Assembly (NCBI RefSeq): GCF_006345805.1
Contig: NC_042998.1
Coordinates: forward strand, 115,754,001 to 115,818,000
Length of the DNA: 64,000 bases
Source: Octopus sinensis
Taxonomy: Eukaryota
Direction of reading: 5' to 3'
In this document: piece after piece, positions 1-13,337 of the stretch
Layout: each line of letters opens with the position of its first letter
Position numbering within the stretch: the stretch's first letter is position 1
Position numbers and translations under genes: made by a program
Notes under the pieces: generated by a model
What the model saw: the letters and a program-made list of their open reading frames with translations, nothing else
The model's database searches: none
What the model was told of the DNA's origin: nothing

Positions 1-19
1 GTTCAACTAACCCTACAAT

Positions 20-72
20 GCAGTGTTCTAGCACGACCGCAGTCGAATGACTGAGACAAATAAATGAGTAAA
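20..72 (+). mobile_element. 3' tail of SINE family B (CORE-like tRNA SINE)
   Basis: gtgttctagcacgaccgcagtcgaatgactgagacaaataaa matches the family B tails at 13616-13670 and 30055-30105 (reverse complement). Confidence 0.5.
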
Positions 73-853
73 CTGACAGCCATCATTAAAATAGTGTTAA
101 CATATCTAATACTGACTGTATTAAAAAAAACAAAACAACTTAATTAGACATAATTACATTATTAGTGAAAACAACTGTATTATTTTACGACTATTATTTT
201 TGATTATCTCAGCGAGTATAGGAGACAGCCCCAGACATGATTTAGTTTAAGATGAACTTTATTAGCGAAGCATAGAAGCGTACATCTTCACGCTACTTCC
301 CGAATTAGCGATAGGAGAATGTGTAAATGAACAAGATTCTCCACTGAAGAACATACAATTGTATGAATATATAATTACATCTGTAGGGACGTCATCCGCA
401 TAAAATAGTATTTACGAGTTTTACCTATAAATGCCAGAAAATAACCAAGAACATAAAATAAACTTCACTTTACAAAGTAATTTCTGTGTTAAATAAACGG
501 ATTCATTGAAAGATTCAGAATATGGTTTTCATTTTAATACTTTACGTATTCAGCAACAAACAACTAAAGTTCAAGGTGTATTTTTTTTTCTCCTCATGTA
601 TGCCACAACAAACTTTTCTCGCATCATCATCCTTTAAACATTTCTATTAATTTCATTATTTCTTTATATTTTAAGAAGTTTTATATCTTTACTCGATATA
701 ACTAATTTATTTATTTATCTTGCTTTATTTTTTTTTTTACTTTACTGTTTTTATTTTTTATCTTTACTTTTCTCCCACCAGCATGGTTGGCATTTATTCC
801 AGTCTGATGAGGTATATATAAGTTGATTACACGCGTGCCAAATGGTAAATACA

Positions 854-1184
854 ACACACGCACACACGCACGCACACACTCACATATGCATACACACATA
901 CACAGATGCTCACATAGACAGACACACATAATCACACTCACACATACACATACATGCATATACACGCATACACACGCACATACATACATATACATGCACA
1001 TAAACACTTGTATGTGGATATACATACACGCATCAGCACACTAATAAACAACGCTCTACCAACCCACGTATATACGTTCAGACACTATCACACACAAGAC
1101 TTGCAAGTAAATATACGTCTGCCGTTTCACATACACAGTCACAAAGAATTACTATTATATACAACGCCATCTCACACCCCACGT

Positions 1185-1250
<66 letters not shown>

Positions 1251-1265
1251 ACCACACAAACACAC
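854..1265. repeat. Degenerate (CA)n microsatellite tract
   Basis: Direct reading. Explains the His/Thr and Cys/Val ORFs. Confidence 0.9.
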
Positions 1266-1849
1266 GTTTCCTATAATTTTCTCTTAATGCCAAATCATAT
1301 GGTAAAGTAAGTTGGTATGTTTAGCTGAATGAAAATGCTGTTATATCTCCCTACCTCTAATTTTGCCAGCTGTGCTACCCCCACCATCATCACCAACACC
1401 ATTGCCACTATAACCATCCTATTACTCTACCATCACTACCACCCTATACATCACTCCTTGTCAGCACCACTACTTCCCCACCAACAATATCCATCAATAT
1501 TATGACAATAATGCGTCTACCACAAAACTGCTAGCACCATCTATACTACCAATACCGTTAACCGTGTTCACCCCCTGCCAACCAAATCATTTTTCATCAC
1601 CTCTATCATCACCCACAACACACTTACTACTGCCACTTACACCAGCATTCCTTTTGTTTCGTTTTACTCCATTGAAAAGATTCCTGTGTCAGTCAGACAG
1701 ATAGATAGGGAGAGAGCGCGGGCGAGAGGGAGGAAGGTAGAGCGAGAGAGATAAAGAGAGAGAGAGTATATGCGTCTGTATGTGTATAAATGCGAAGATG
1801 TGTGCGTATGTTATGTTGGCTTAGTATATGATGTTATAGAAAGACAATA

Positions 1850-2045
1850 GCATTTCTAGTATAGGCATGAGAGTAGAGGGGTTTAGTCGATACAATCACA
1901 TCAGTACTTGACTTGTATTTTAACTTATGAACCCTAAAAGGATGAAACGCAGAGTTAATTTCTGTTTTGATTTGAACTTAGGGTGTAAAGACCCTCGAGA
2001 AATACAGCTGAACATTTTTTGTCAACGCTTTAAACATTCTGATAG
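1850..2045 (-). mobile_element. Degenerate SINE family A (tRNA head + Meta-like central domain)
   Basis: Diverged match to the young copies at 46221-46638 and 53782-54000 (aaaggatgaaacgcagagtt...atttgaactt). Confidence 0.55.
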
Positions 2046-2399
2046 TGACAGTGCGCTCCAACTAGAATGGAACAACAATTTATAGGTGCAGTCACACTGC
2101 AACTTAAGCTGCATGATGCAGCCCTGACTGAAGGGCAGTGGTTTTCTGTTAGACTCTACTTTACTATCGCATTACATTTAGAACAAGTTGGCATTAGACT
2201 GGTTGGAGTTAAGAATCCTGAATGTCGTTTGAAAGACAAACTGGTCCTCGATATTAACACCCACCTTTTTAATATGATATTTTAGTCCTTGATCTTTCAA
2301 AATCTTCCTAAAGTGGCGAGGTTGATTTGAAGCATTCTCAGTTTGCGTTTCTGCTGATTGTTATTTAGAGGAGTGATTCTCAAATTGCCGAATACTTAC

Positions 2400-2480
2400 C
2401 CCACTCCATCATTATTAGAAGACAAATATATATTTTGTATCTATGTAGTTCTTCTATCTTCAGCATCGTGTTAGACATAT
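2400..2480 (-). CDS. Candidate coding exon (81 nt, phase 1-1): (Y)MSNTMLKIEELHRYKIYICLLIMMEW(G)
   Basis: Acceptor tttattctatttag|AT and donor GGG|GTAAGT. Length divisible by 3. Only one of three frames is open, and it is the one required by the exon at 16040-16067. Confidence 0.5.
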
Positions 2481-3339
2481 CTAAATAGAATAAATCAATT
2501 TTAATTTTATCGAAAATTGTAATATGTCGACTTTCTTTTCAATCCTCGCAAGGACTTCTTTCTCACGAGAAATGCTGATTTAGATTCTAGTCACTTTTGA
2601 GGCAGATGATCTATTAAGAAATGCGGTCCATCATTGTCCAATGTAACTAATGTCTATACAACACAAGGTACCTAAGACTATATTTTCCAATGTGTCTTTT
2701 TAGAAGATTGAGTGAGATTAAAATATATAGTTTGGCAGACTATGTGAAAGTTATGGTAAATCGGCAACCTGTGCAGAGGTTAACACCTCTGAAATTTTCT
2801 AAAATTTTCGTTTGCTATTGACATTGTTTAGCCTCAGGTCAACGCTGACTGAGTAACTCTATAACCAATGCTGATCTTGCTATTTATGATTTATTCTTTA
2901 GGTATATTTTAACTAGGACTACATTACCCAATGTGTTATCCTTTTAAGACGTAATTTTAAGAACATTTAGCTGTTATTTTCGGTAAATCTCCTTGCTGCT
3001 TAGGTGAAGCAAATTTTCCTAGATTGATGTTATTAGTGGATACTTGGGCAGAAGGATATATTTCTGTGCTTGCTGATATTACGATCAAGTTTTCGGCGAA
3101 TAGTTTGATACCAGATTAAAAAAGCAGAATTTTGTTTTTTAGTATGGTGTGACACTGGAAATAGAAGCAGAAGCAGGTGGAAGGGGCAGTACACACAGTT
3201 GTAACAAAATGGATTGGTCATGGTTGGAATGCTTTTCATCATCACTTTCGTCGATCAGGTTAGTCCTCCGGCTAAGCAAAACAAAATCAATGACAAGAGT
3301 AACAAAAGTAACCTCACCGGCACTGAAGGTGTGTGCCTA

Positions 3340-3381
3340 TAATTAGGGCGTGCGCGCGCGCAAACACAAACACATACACGC

Positions 3382-3449
<68 letters not shown>

Positions 3450-3590
3450 CTTCGGGTCCACATCATTTAAAGTTTCGAAGACATAGGACACGCCCAACTC
3501 GTAAGTTGTTTGGAGGTAAATCTGACGACGTGGACGTGTCCGACGCCTACGAAATCTTACGTAATGGGAAGCTGAGTCAAACTGTCAGTG
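3340..3590. promoter_or_regulatory. CpG-enriched motif cluster, possible alternative promoter or enhancer
   Basis: GGGCGTG (3346-3352), CACGCCC (3489-3495), TTACGTAA (3557-3564), TGAGTCA (3573-3579) and several ACGT cores, about 0.9 kb upstream of the 2400-2480 exon. Confidence 0.3.
3493..3568 (+). ncRNA. Candidate type III hammerhead ribozyme fold
   Basis: CGUAAG-UU | GUUUG(GAGG)UAAAU | CUGACGA-C | GUGGACGU(GUCCG)ACGCCUAC | GAAA-U-CUUACG, plus an outer CCCA/UGGG pairing. Two non-canonical single-nucleotide insertions. Confidence 0.3.
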
Positions 3591-4767
3591 AATAAATGTT
3601 ACTCCCAGAATAGTGCTACTTTCATTCAATCCTTCACTTACTCACGCGCGCGCATAAATACACACACACGTACACACAAGCACACACGTAGTATAAATGA
3701 GTGACCAAGATGTACAAGTTTGATGTTCACTTACTATTATTTGGGTGTGCATGATACTCTAACTTAACAAGGTGCCTCAATTTAAGCATCTAATTCAACT
3801 GAATCTTAATTGTATACACACACACACATGAGTATGTGTGCACATATGTTTGTGTGTGTGCTTGTGTGGGTTTCTGTGATGTATATGTATGACGTGTGTG
3901 TGTGTGTATTTGTGTGTATGCTTCTCTGTATGTAGTGTACTATTTGCTTATTGATAAGATCAGCAAAAGTAAAAAAAACACACTTCAGTGAGAGCGAAAG
4001 ATCATTAAGTGAATAAAGGAGCTATACACAAGCGCTTTAAGGTTTCATACACTCAAGACCTAATATTCGGACGCGTTTATGTAAGGATTACTTTAAACGA
4101 ACTGACAAATGTTCAGGCTCGTATAACTTTGCTAATACTTGAGAAAATACCAGAAAAGGTAAAGAACATTTTCTGGGAAAGGAGGATGATTGCGATACTG
4201 GAAGCTACCTTATTTCCATTTAAATGTAAGAGTTGTGTGTGCCAGTAAAAAAGAGTCCTACAAGTTAGGAGGAATATGTAAATGTTGAATGTATAATGTG
4301 TTTTATTTTGGGAATAAAAGTTATCTAGGGGATTTCCAAATGTATAACTTGCAAGGGTAGTTGAATGGGTGAGGTGAACGTGTATTAAACTGTGTGAGTA
4401 ACACAGTGACGTGGACGTCGACCGATTCCTCAACAAAAATTTGTTAAGATGTATGATGCACCTAGTTGACCTGGTGCTGTTCTTCCAGCATATTTTTCTT
4501 TCAGTTCCTTTATTTGGTAGAACAGAGGTGACCTAGGCTTTGTACACAACTAAGGTATGCATGTCTAGTGCAGTGGACACATATGAAGCTCCTTTCAGTT
4601 TGAAGTAAGAATCCTTTTTGGCTACGCACAATAATCTTTTTGATATTTGAGCGCGGGTGTAAGTAACCCTCACAAAACCTCTATTAAGTATTTTTCTGTA
4701 TCTATGGCTATCGGGGAAAATGTTCATCTATTAAGACCAGGAAGGTTTTGTCTACATTAATCTGATC

Positions 4768-4852
4768 ATACATACATACATACATACATACATACATACA
4801 TACATACATACATACATACATACATACATACATACATACATACATACATACA
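4768..4852. repeat. (TACA)n microsatellite at the 5' junction of the R4/Dong LINE
   Basis: Direct reading. Confidence 0.95.
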
Positions 4853-4854
4853 CA

Positions 4855-7266
4855 TGGTGATACCCTTGTAACTATGATCCAGAAACTTCTGGATGGAAAA
4901 CACCTAGAAGAGACTTGATTGTTGGGTACTGGTACAAGAAGCTAACCTACCGACAAAATCTTATCAACTTGTACCCGCAATCTATTAACGAGAACAATAG
5001 CATACCAAACTGGTTAGCTCTGGGAGAGACAAAGTTGATCACCTAAATGCAGAACTTAATGTATAAAATGTATACAGCTTGTTTAAACCTCTTCCTCCAA
5101 GTTCACCGTGAAATTAATTACATCATTACAGCAGAACAAGCAACTGAGAAGAAAGGAGCCTGGGGGTGTGCTGAGCAACTGTTAATAAACAAAGCTGTAA
5201 TGTTAGAGGTGCAGGAATGTAAGAGGAATCTCATTTCAGTGTAGTTAACTCTACTCCACACTCATGGGTGCTAGAAGCCCTTCCACATGCTAAAGTTCCA
5301 GTGAGCCTAGTAAAGCCACAGTTAACCTAACTTCATCGTGAGTCACCATCTGGAAATTAAACACGAAGAGCAATTGTATCATCACTGATAGAATACAGTA
5401 TCGCAGAGGTATATTCCAAAGGGATAGCCTCTCTGTGATGTTTATACTTTCTGTAAACTCCTTGTTGTTCATGTTAAGGAAGTCTGAAGGATACCGCACT
5501 GGTTCAGAAGGAAACAGAAATACCAATATTACACACAGTTTCTTGTGAATGACTTGAAACTTTATGCGGAGAATATATATATGAGATGGAAAAGAGTTTT
5601 GATCTGGTTAGAATATTCTCAAAAGATATAGAATTGGAGTTTAGTCAGGGTAAATGTTGCTATATGGTTGTGAAAAGAGAGAAAACTGTAAAACAGACTA
5701 ATAACAACGTATCCATCAATGACTTAACTGTTTCTCCTGTATCTGACAATGAATGTTACAGTTACCTTAGGGTAGATGAAAACATGTCTTTCGATGGCAC
5801 CTACAACAAGACACATGTCACTAAAGAATATTACAACCGAATAAAGATAATATATGGACCTCAGAACTCTCTACATTCAATAAAACTGTGACCCACAATG
5901 TGTTTGCGGTGCCAGTTCTCATACGAACATTTGGGGGTACTTAATTGGATGCTTGATGAGGTCCGAGCCATTGATGTGAAAACGCGGAAGACCCTAAATA
6001 AGTTCATATAATTTCCACATCAATAGTGACGTAGACCGCCTCTACCTAAAAGGAAAGCAAGGGAGTAGGGGCTTAACATCAATCCAGATTGCATCTTTTA
6101 ACCACCAAGTGTAGAAGTACATCCTATGAACAGGTTTGTTTACATGTGGTTGATAACATTATGAGACTTAGAAAGCAGCTCTTTGAGCAGCATTCCTTAT
6201 CTGATAACCTTAAATACATGCCCTAAGAAGTCGCACGACTCTACCGCAACGTATCATCAGATGAAAAGATGACCATGCATGGATATGCTAGTAGAAAGCT
6301 CCAGGATGACAGTAACATTGATCATCAAATCAGTCTTTCGTAGACCAACAACCGGGTTGCTTACTCTCACTTTGAGGGGTATGCGTTTGCAATCAGGGAA
6401 CAAGAAATATCAACCAAATACCTGATGCACAAATGTGGCAGAGACACGGGAAAAGCAACAAAATGTAATAACCGGTGCAGTCTTTGTGCATTTAATAGTG
6501 AAAATGTCACCCACATCATAAGGAGTTGTCTTAAAATACCATCACAGTATTATCTACCGATGAGACATGATATTGTATCTACGACACTTTACAATGAGAT
6601 CTATTGAAAGAGTAACCTCGAGGCCAAAGAAATAAGAACCTACAGTGTGGTAGAAGCCTTAACTACTCATAAAAAAGGAATACTGGTGGAATGTCCCTGT
6701 GAAAACATCAATAAAATGTAAACACAATAGGCCTGACATAATAACCTGGGATAGAGAAGAGAAACTCTGTATAGTTGTGAAATCAACTACCCAGCGGATG
6801 TTCACATTAAGATAAAGACCTGCGAAAAAGAAAAAAAGCTGAGCTATTGAGGTATCTACAGCTGCTCTATCCAGATCACAAGTTCAGGCTTATACCTGTA
6901 ATTATTGGGACATTAGAATATATAACACACTACCTAAATGCCAATCTTCAGAAATTAGGCATCACAAAACCGGAAAGAAAACTGATTCGAAGACTAAATA
7001 TCCAATCCATCACTGGATCGGTAACAATCTAAAACTTTCCAGAAGTTTATCATTTAAGTATATATAAGCATAACTAGATATAAAAATATATGCATGAGAA
7101 TACATACATAAAAAGAAAACCCACACAAATCTGCACATACACATACATATACACAAAAAAATACCCTGTTCATGTTGAAATTCCGATGAAGAAGCATTGG
7201 ATCTATGTTAGAAACTGGCTCCTTCTCTATTGGCAAGAAACCTTGAAATAAAACTGAATAATGATA
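4855..7266 (+). mobile_element. 5'-truncated, decayed non-LTR retrotransposon, R4/Dong-like (RT + CCHC + RLE endonuclease)
   Basis: Frameshifted pieces: WKTP..IVGYWYKKL; MYKMYTACLN..EQ..KKGAWGCAEQLLINK; RGIFQ.DSLS; NDLKLY (RT core, DD mutated); RLYL...RGL; CSLC..ENVTHIIRSC..RHD (CCHC); KHNRPDIITWD (RLE); IPVIIGTL. The 3' UTR ends in (TACA)n. Confidence 0.9.
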
Positions 7267-7337
7267 TACATACATACATACATACATACATGCACACACA
7301 TACACACACATATATAAAGCACAATTAATTCGTGATC

Positions 7338-7700
<363 letters not shown>

Positions 7701-8779
7701 GCTGGGCATATGGTTTGGAATTCAGATATGCGAAATGGAATATCACACATAGGCACACAGACACACAAACACACAGACAGACATATACACAAACTCGTTA
7801 TGTTTTTAACTATATATATATATATATACACCAACGTGTATGTGTGTATGCATATGTGTACGCGTGTGTACACCTGTGTATGCACGCGGGAGTGTGTGTG
7901 TATTAATGATGAGATTAATAGTCCTGAATATTTTAATCGTTTTGGGAGTAAGTTTACACAGGAAAACCGGAAAGCAATAAAGATAAATGGGGGCGTACAC
8001 AGCGATATTGATGCTATTATGACTTATATAGCCATCGCAACGATTGGTATTGTGATAATTAATTAATTTTGAAGAATTTCTGCAGAGGGGAATAATGTAA
8101 AAGCACTGCCGGAGGAGAATGGGTAAGTTGAAATAGTTAATATTAAATAATGCTTTGTTCCAAGATAAAATCGAATGGAGATAGCTTAAAATAGCATGCA
8201 ATGTCTTAGCAAAAAGATAAAAGCATACTTTATAAAGAGAGTTCGGTAAAGTTTGGTAAAGCAATACAGACGTTGTCCTAAATATGAAAATATAACGTAA
8301 AGTCCGAAATTGAAGTATAAATATTTGCAAAGGTAGAACAACAACTTAAATGTAATTGCATGTAAGTAAAATCCCTAAATATCTATGGAGGAAGAATTGA
8401 AAAATGCAAGTTAGTTCATATGAAAATGCATTGTGACTCTGCAAGGAAACAGCATTGTGAATCACGAAAAAATTACTATTACTAACCTCCCAATAAAACC
8501 GATTCGAAGGATGAGAATATGCTTTGGTGATTTCATTCTAATCCGATTTTATTTATAATAAGTGCGTATTAGAGATTACATTGTTGTTTTTAATGACTGA
8601 AGAGAATGTGAAATAAAGGTTACTGAAATAACGAGGAACAAATAACGAACTTTCCAACGAGAAGAAGATTACAAATATGTGCTTAGTAACGAAGCTTAAT
8701 AGAATTTCTACCCATATTAACTGATATACAGACAAAAGATTAACTAGAATTACGGGATTCATTCGCAATATTGGTTTCA

Positions 8780-8852
8780 AGAACGTGAAGACGGACGAAA
8801 TGCCACTAAGCATTTCGTCCGGTGTGCTAACGATCCTGCCAGCTCGCCGTCT
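8780..8852 (-). mobile_element. SINE family A, head only
   Basis: Reverse complement reads gacggcgagctggcaggatcgttagcacaccggacgaaatgcttag, matching 46221-46270. Confidence 0.75.
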
Positions 8853-9483
8853 TAATTCATATGCCATAATAATAGTGATACGTTCTCTAGGAATGATTTC
8901 TAATAATCTAAACATGTGGTAAAATAGATTTTCTATGTAATTTCTGTAATAGACTTGGCAAATGGTTTACTAAAACAGATGTAATTGTAATAGTGATAGA
9001 CTCGCAAGGCTTGTTGATCTTTAAAACTCAGATAGTTAACCAACATGATGTCAATATACCAGCGATGGCCCCGCATACCCAAGGCATATGATTATCTAAA
9101 TTAGGAGATTCCATTTGTGATAGAATTTCTAGGCATGGCATTTAATGGCATAGGCAGATGGTTAGCTAAAACAAGAAGCCAAATTAAAATAATAGGCGTA
9201 AACAATGGATTCTTTATAGCGGACAACCTGATTAGGAAGCGTTAGAGATTTGCATTAAGCTCCAAATAAAACTAGTACAACTAAAAGCACATTCAGAAAA
9301 AGAGAACTGATTACTCTTTGAGTACCGAGGAATGAATAAGGGAAAATTTATAATTTAGGCACAACATCAACAATATTCTTGAGGATAGTGTTAGTCGACT
9401 AGAGTGATTCCAGTTCTTGACTGGTACCTTATTTAGTCGGCCTCGGAGGGTCTAAAGGCAATAACAGCAATAAGAATAATAAT

Positions 9484-10200
9484 CAAAGCCTTCCCACCAG
9501 AAATTACCAAAAACGTTTAATGAAAAAAGAAATACAAGTAACTGCAGAATATGTGGAGATGGAGAAGAAACAATAAATGATATTGTCTCTGCTTGCTCAG
9601 TCCTGCCGAAGAAAGAATATATTCACAAACCTGACAGAGTTGGGACCTATATACACTGGGAGGTATGCCAACATTATGGAATAACAACAGGAAAAAGATG
9701 GTATAAACAAACACCAGAAAATATCATAGAAAACGAGAAAGCAACCATACTCTGGGATATGTCAATACACACAGATAGAGAAATTAAGGCCAAGAGGCCG
9801 GATATAGTTGTCAGAAATCACCAAAAAAATGTTTTCGAATTGATGTATCAATACCAACAGATGACAGTGTTTCTCTCAAAGAAACGAAGAAATTTTCAAA
9901 ATTCAAAGATCTGGAAATAGGGGTACTCGAATGTGGAGCCTAAAAATAAGCAATTCCTATCATAGTAGGCGCATTAGTTATGATAGAAAATATTCAGAGA
10001 AATACATAACAAAAACACCAGGACTAACAAGTATATATAACATACAGAAAGTATTACTACTAGGCACCGCACACAGCCTGCATAAAACACTTTCAATACA
10101 GTAAAAATAAGAGCATCACTATAAACTACAGCACGTGCCCAAAGCACACATAGCTGCACTTGGTAGTGTAGTGAAAGCACGTGATAAAAATAAGACTATT
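9484..10200 (+). mobile_element. 3' fragment of a second R4/Dong-like RLE LINE, flanked by (TAA)n
   Basis: PTRNYQK..CRICGDGEETINDIVSAC (CCHC), ILWDMSIHTDREIKAKRPDIVV..IDVSIPTD..K..KFKDLEI (RLE), IPIIVGAL, IQK..LGTAH. The 3' end runs into TAA/GAT repeats, and aataataat lies at the 5' junction. Confidence 0.9.
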
Positions 10201-10345
10201 GAATGATAATAATAATGTTGATGATGACAATGATGACAATAATAGTAATGATGAGGTTGATGACGATGATGACGACGACAATGATGATGATGATGATAAT
10301 AACAATTATCATAGTAATAATAACAACAACAACGACAACAACAAC

Positions 10346-10411
<66 letters not shown>

Positions 10412-10439
10412 AATAATAATAATAACAACAACAACAACA
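10201..10439. repeat. Compound (GAT/AAT/AAC)n trinucleotide repeat
   Basis: Direct reading. Source of the poly-N/D ORF at 10181-10633. Confidence 0.95.
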
Positions 10440-10563
10440 TCGAAAAATATCTTAGAAATGAGAACCCAGGCTCGAAATTTCCACTAGACAATCAAGATGA
10501 GAACAAATATCCGTCAATTGTAAAAATAACGTACGTAATACTTCATCTCTTAAATATAGAACT
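10440..10563 (+). mobile_element. Tail of SINE family D with the hammerhead segment deleted
   Basis: aatgagaacccaggctcgaaatttcc..gaca and atatccgtcaa..catctct both align to the reverse complement of 7338-7495. The intervening ctgatga..gaaacgttgtgtt segment is absent. Confidence 0.75.
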
Positions 10564-10577
10564 AGTACTTAGTTTAT

Positions 10578-11070
10578 TCTTTTCTACTCTAGGCACAAGG
10601 CGTGAAATTTTGGGGGTGAGGGCCAGTCGATGAGATCGACCCCAGTACGCAACTGGTACTTAATTTATCAATCCCGAAAGGATGGAAGGCAAAGTCGACC
10701 TCGGCGGAATTTGAACTCAGAACGGTGCGACGAGTGAAATACCGCTAAACATTTCAACATCAATAATAATAATAATCCTTTCTACTATAGGCACAAGGCC
10801 TGAAATTTAGTAGGTGGGAGGAGGGGCAGTCGATTAGATCGACCCCAGTACCAACAACAATAATAATAATAATAATGATAATAATAATAATAATATATTC
10901 TCCCATAAGCACAAAGCATGACATTATGTGGAGTGGGGCCAATCGTTTACGTCGACCCCGATGCAGAACTGCTGCTTATTTCATCCATGAAAAGCAAAGT
11001 TGACCTCCGAGGAATTTGAACTGGGAACGTACAGGCGAACAAAATGACGCTAAGCATTTTGTCCAGTGAG
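10578..11070 (-). mobile_element. Cluster of three partial SINE family A copies separated by (TAA)n
   Basis: Repeated tttctact.taggcacaaggc..gtcga..gatcgaccccagtac and aaggcaaagtcgacctcggcggaatttgaactc. Confidence 0.8.
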
Positions 11071-11784
11071 CACAAACCACAAATTATATTTGGTTCGTAT
11101 TCCATTAGCGCCACCGTAACAGTGAATCAACCATGCCACTTTTGCATGGTCACCTAACCTATTAGAAATAACAGCTTAATAATCCTGGAATCAGAACCCT
11201 AACTTGATTAAGTAAAATGAGAAGGATTCGTCAAATTATATCGTCCTTGACCTGGAACTAAACAGCAACAACAACAACGTCGACAAAAACAAGAACAACA
11301 ACAACTCTCAATTACTAAGTACACTTAATCCTGCTTCTAAATATACTAAATTTCATTTCGGTTTATATCTATCTCATCAAACAGGTGGTGAAAGATTTAC
11401 CGACATACAACTTTAACACCAACTCAGCAACCAGCACTCCCTTACCATAATCCTCATTTTCAACCACCATATCTTTATTCGGTCTATCTATAGTGTAGAT
11501 TTACCATATCGTATTACGAGCAACCATGAATTCACATATATAGCAAATATTTATTAGTGGAAGTAACTCTATATAAGCCTATATTATTGAAAGAAAAAAA
11601 AAAGTCTGCTGCTTAAATTTGAAACTTTGAACTAAGAAAATATACGATGACGATGATTTGACGACAACGATGATGTTTATGTGAAGAACGACTATGATTA
11701 CAACGATGATGACGGCAGTTGTTGAGCTGAAAGTAGTGGAGTTGTTGATGGTGATTCTGCTATTATTATTACAAAAAGGGCGAC

Positions 11785-11945
11785 GAGTGGAAGTAACAAT
11801 GATACCAATAATAATTGGCGCACCGGATACGATATCAAACCAGATAACAAAAACATTAAATCATACGATGGGTTTATAACTTTACGCACAAACTCCAAAA
11901 CAGTAATGCAATGTAAATCATCAATTCTAGCAAGACACTTAAATT
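11785..11945 (+). mobile_element. Very decayed R4/Dong-like 3' remnant
   Basis: VTMIPIIIGAPDTI resembles the IPIIVGAL motif of the element at 9484-10200. Confidence 0.35.
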
Positions 11946-12018
11946 GAGAAAGCAACAAGCCCTACAGTACAAACCCTCCTTCAATCGTAGACAATCTTGT
12001 GGTATGAAGAGGCATATT

Positions 12019-12350
12019 CGTGATGCATTCCAGAAGTTTTGAGACTTGTTAAGGGGAAGCAGATATAACTATCCTACATTTTTTGTAATTTCAGTTGATC
12101 ATTGCTACACATCTAACAAGCTGACCTGCCAGTTTTGAAATTCCATATTGAAGGAGATGGCTGTAACAGCACTTTAGGCACACACTACTAATCGCTACTT
12201 CTCACTGCTTTGTAGAATGTAGGCAGGACGTCAGGAAGCTTACTATGCAATAAAGCTGTGTTAAATTAGGCATAAAAGCTATAGAACTGATCTCCAGTCT
12301 CATTAACTGTTTATGTTGGCACAAGAGATTCCAGGACGGTAGAGAGAAGT
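12019..12350 (+). mobile_element. Decayed mariner 5' remnant (HTH region)
   Basis: Frameshifted YAIK.CVKLG.KA.E and WHKRFQDGRE, typical of mariner transposase N-termini. Confidence 0.5.
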
Positions 12351-12848
12351 ATGTTGCGGGTATTGAACTTCACACTCACACACACGCATATACACACATA
12401 CACACGCGCACACACACGCACGCACACACGCTCAACATACATTTAAAATACATTTTACATTCATAAATAAAAGATTTACTCCAATTAAAGTGCATTAATC
12501 TCACCTCGCTGAAGGCTTTTATTGTCTTCATTCTTACATAAAATACTTTAAAATCTAGATCGTATGATGACTAAAACAGTTTAAGGTAAATTAGCACAGA
12601 AATACACTTTGTAACGGAAACCAAACATTCTAGCTTCGTAAGCCGGATAGGAGTTGCTCTATGGTTACCGATGCACTATGCAATTACATCATATTATTGA
12701 ACACAATTGATACAACATACATAGATATTCATCTCATAAAACTCTAAGACAACTTAAATAGCATATTCTCTATAATCAGTTCTTTGTGCGAGAATTTATG
12801 TCGTATACAATACGCATATTAACTTCCTATATTCTGCACAAGCGTTTT

Positions 12849-13065
12849 GGGCGGCAAGCTGGCGGAATAGAAAAGCACGCCGGGCAGAATCCTTAGCGTC
12901 ATTACGTCCGTCTTTATGTTCTGGGTTCAAATTTCATCCAGGTCGATTTTGCCTTTCATTCTTCCGAGGTCGATAAAATAAGTACTAGCTAAGTAATGGC
13001 GCCGATGTTAATCAACTTAACTATTTGCTTGAAGCTGCTGGCCTTGGGCTAAAATTCGAAACCAA
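12849..13065 (+). mobile_element. SINE family A
   Basis: ggcggcaagctggcggaat..ctgggttcaaattt..ggtcgattttgcctttcatt..gaggtcgataaaataagtac. Confidence 0.8.
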
Positions 13066-13337
13066 TATTGTACACAATAGTATTTAAGCCTTTCTTCATA
13101 TATATTTTACCTCTCACTACCAACACTGACACAGCATAGTCTACACAATCACCTCTCGACATGATCACACACTGTATGCAATCATCTACCAACGCTATGA
13201 AAGAGCTTACATAACGTATATCCTACTCAATCAATTCCTAATATACTATAACGCATCTTACTGACCACAATGTGTGCACGATCACCTCTCAATATTATAA
13301 CAACTCTCACATTACAAAACACTATAATGCAATTTCC

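Noticed and set aside
768-803. Possible fourth minus-strand exon (DWNKCQPCWWEK, 36 nt, phase 1-1)
   Set aside because: Phase-compatible, but the donor (AAAA|GTAAAG) and acceptor are weak and two frames are open. Left unannotated pending RNA evidence.
804-850. CTGATGA-GGTAT..GTGCC-AAAT hammerhead-like or miRNA-like string
   Set aside because: The G of GAAA is missing, there is no stem I or III, and no miRNA I recognise matches.
3272-3317. 46-nt GT..AG mini-intron on the minus strand
   Set aside because: Very short for a metazoan intron. The two sites may be used independently or not at all.
8086-8122. Plus-strand mini-exon GNNVKALPEENG resembling an LRR
   Set aside because: Single 37-nt segment with no neighbouring LRR exons and no other plus-strand gene evidence.
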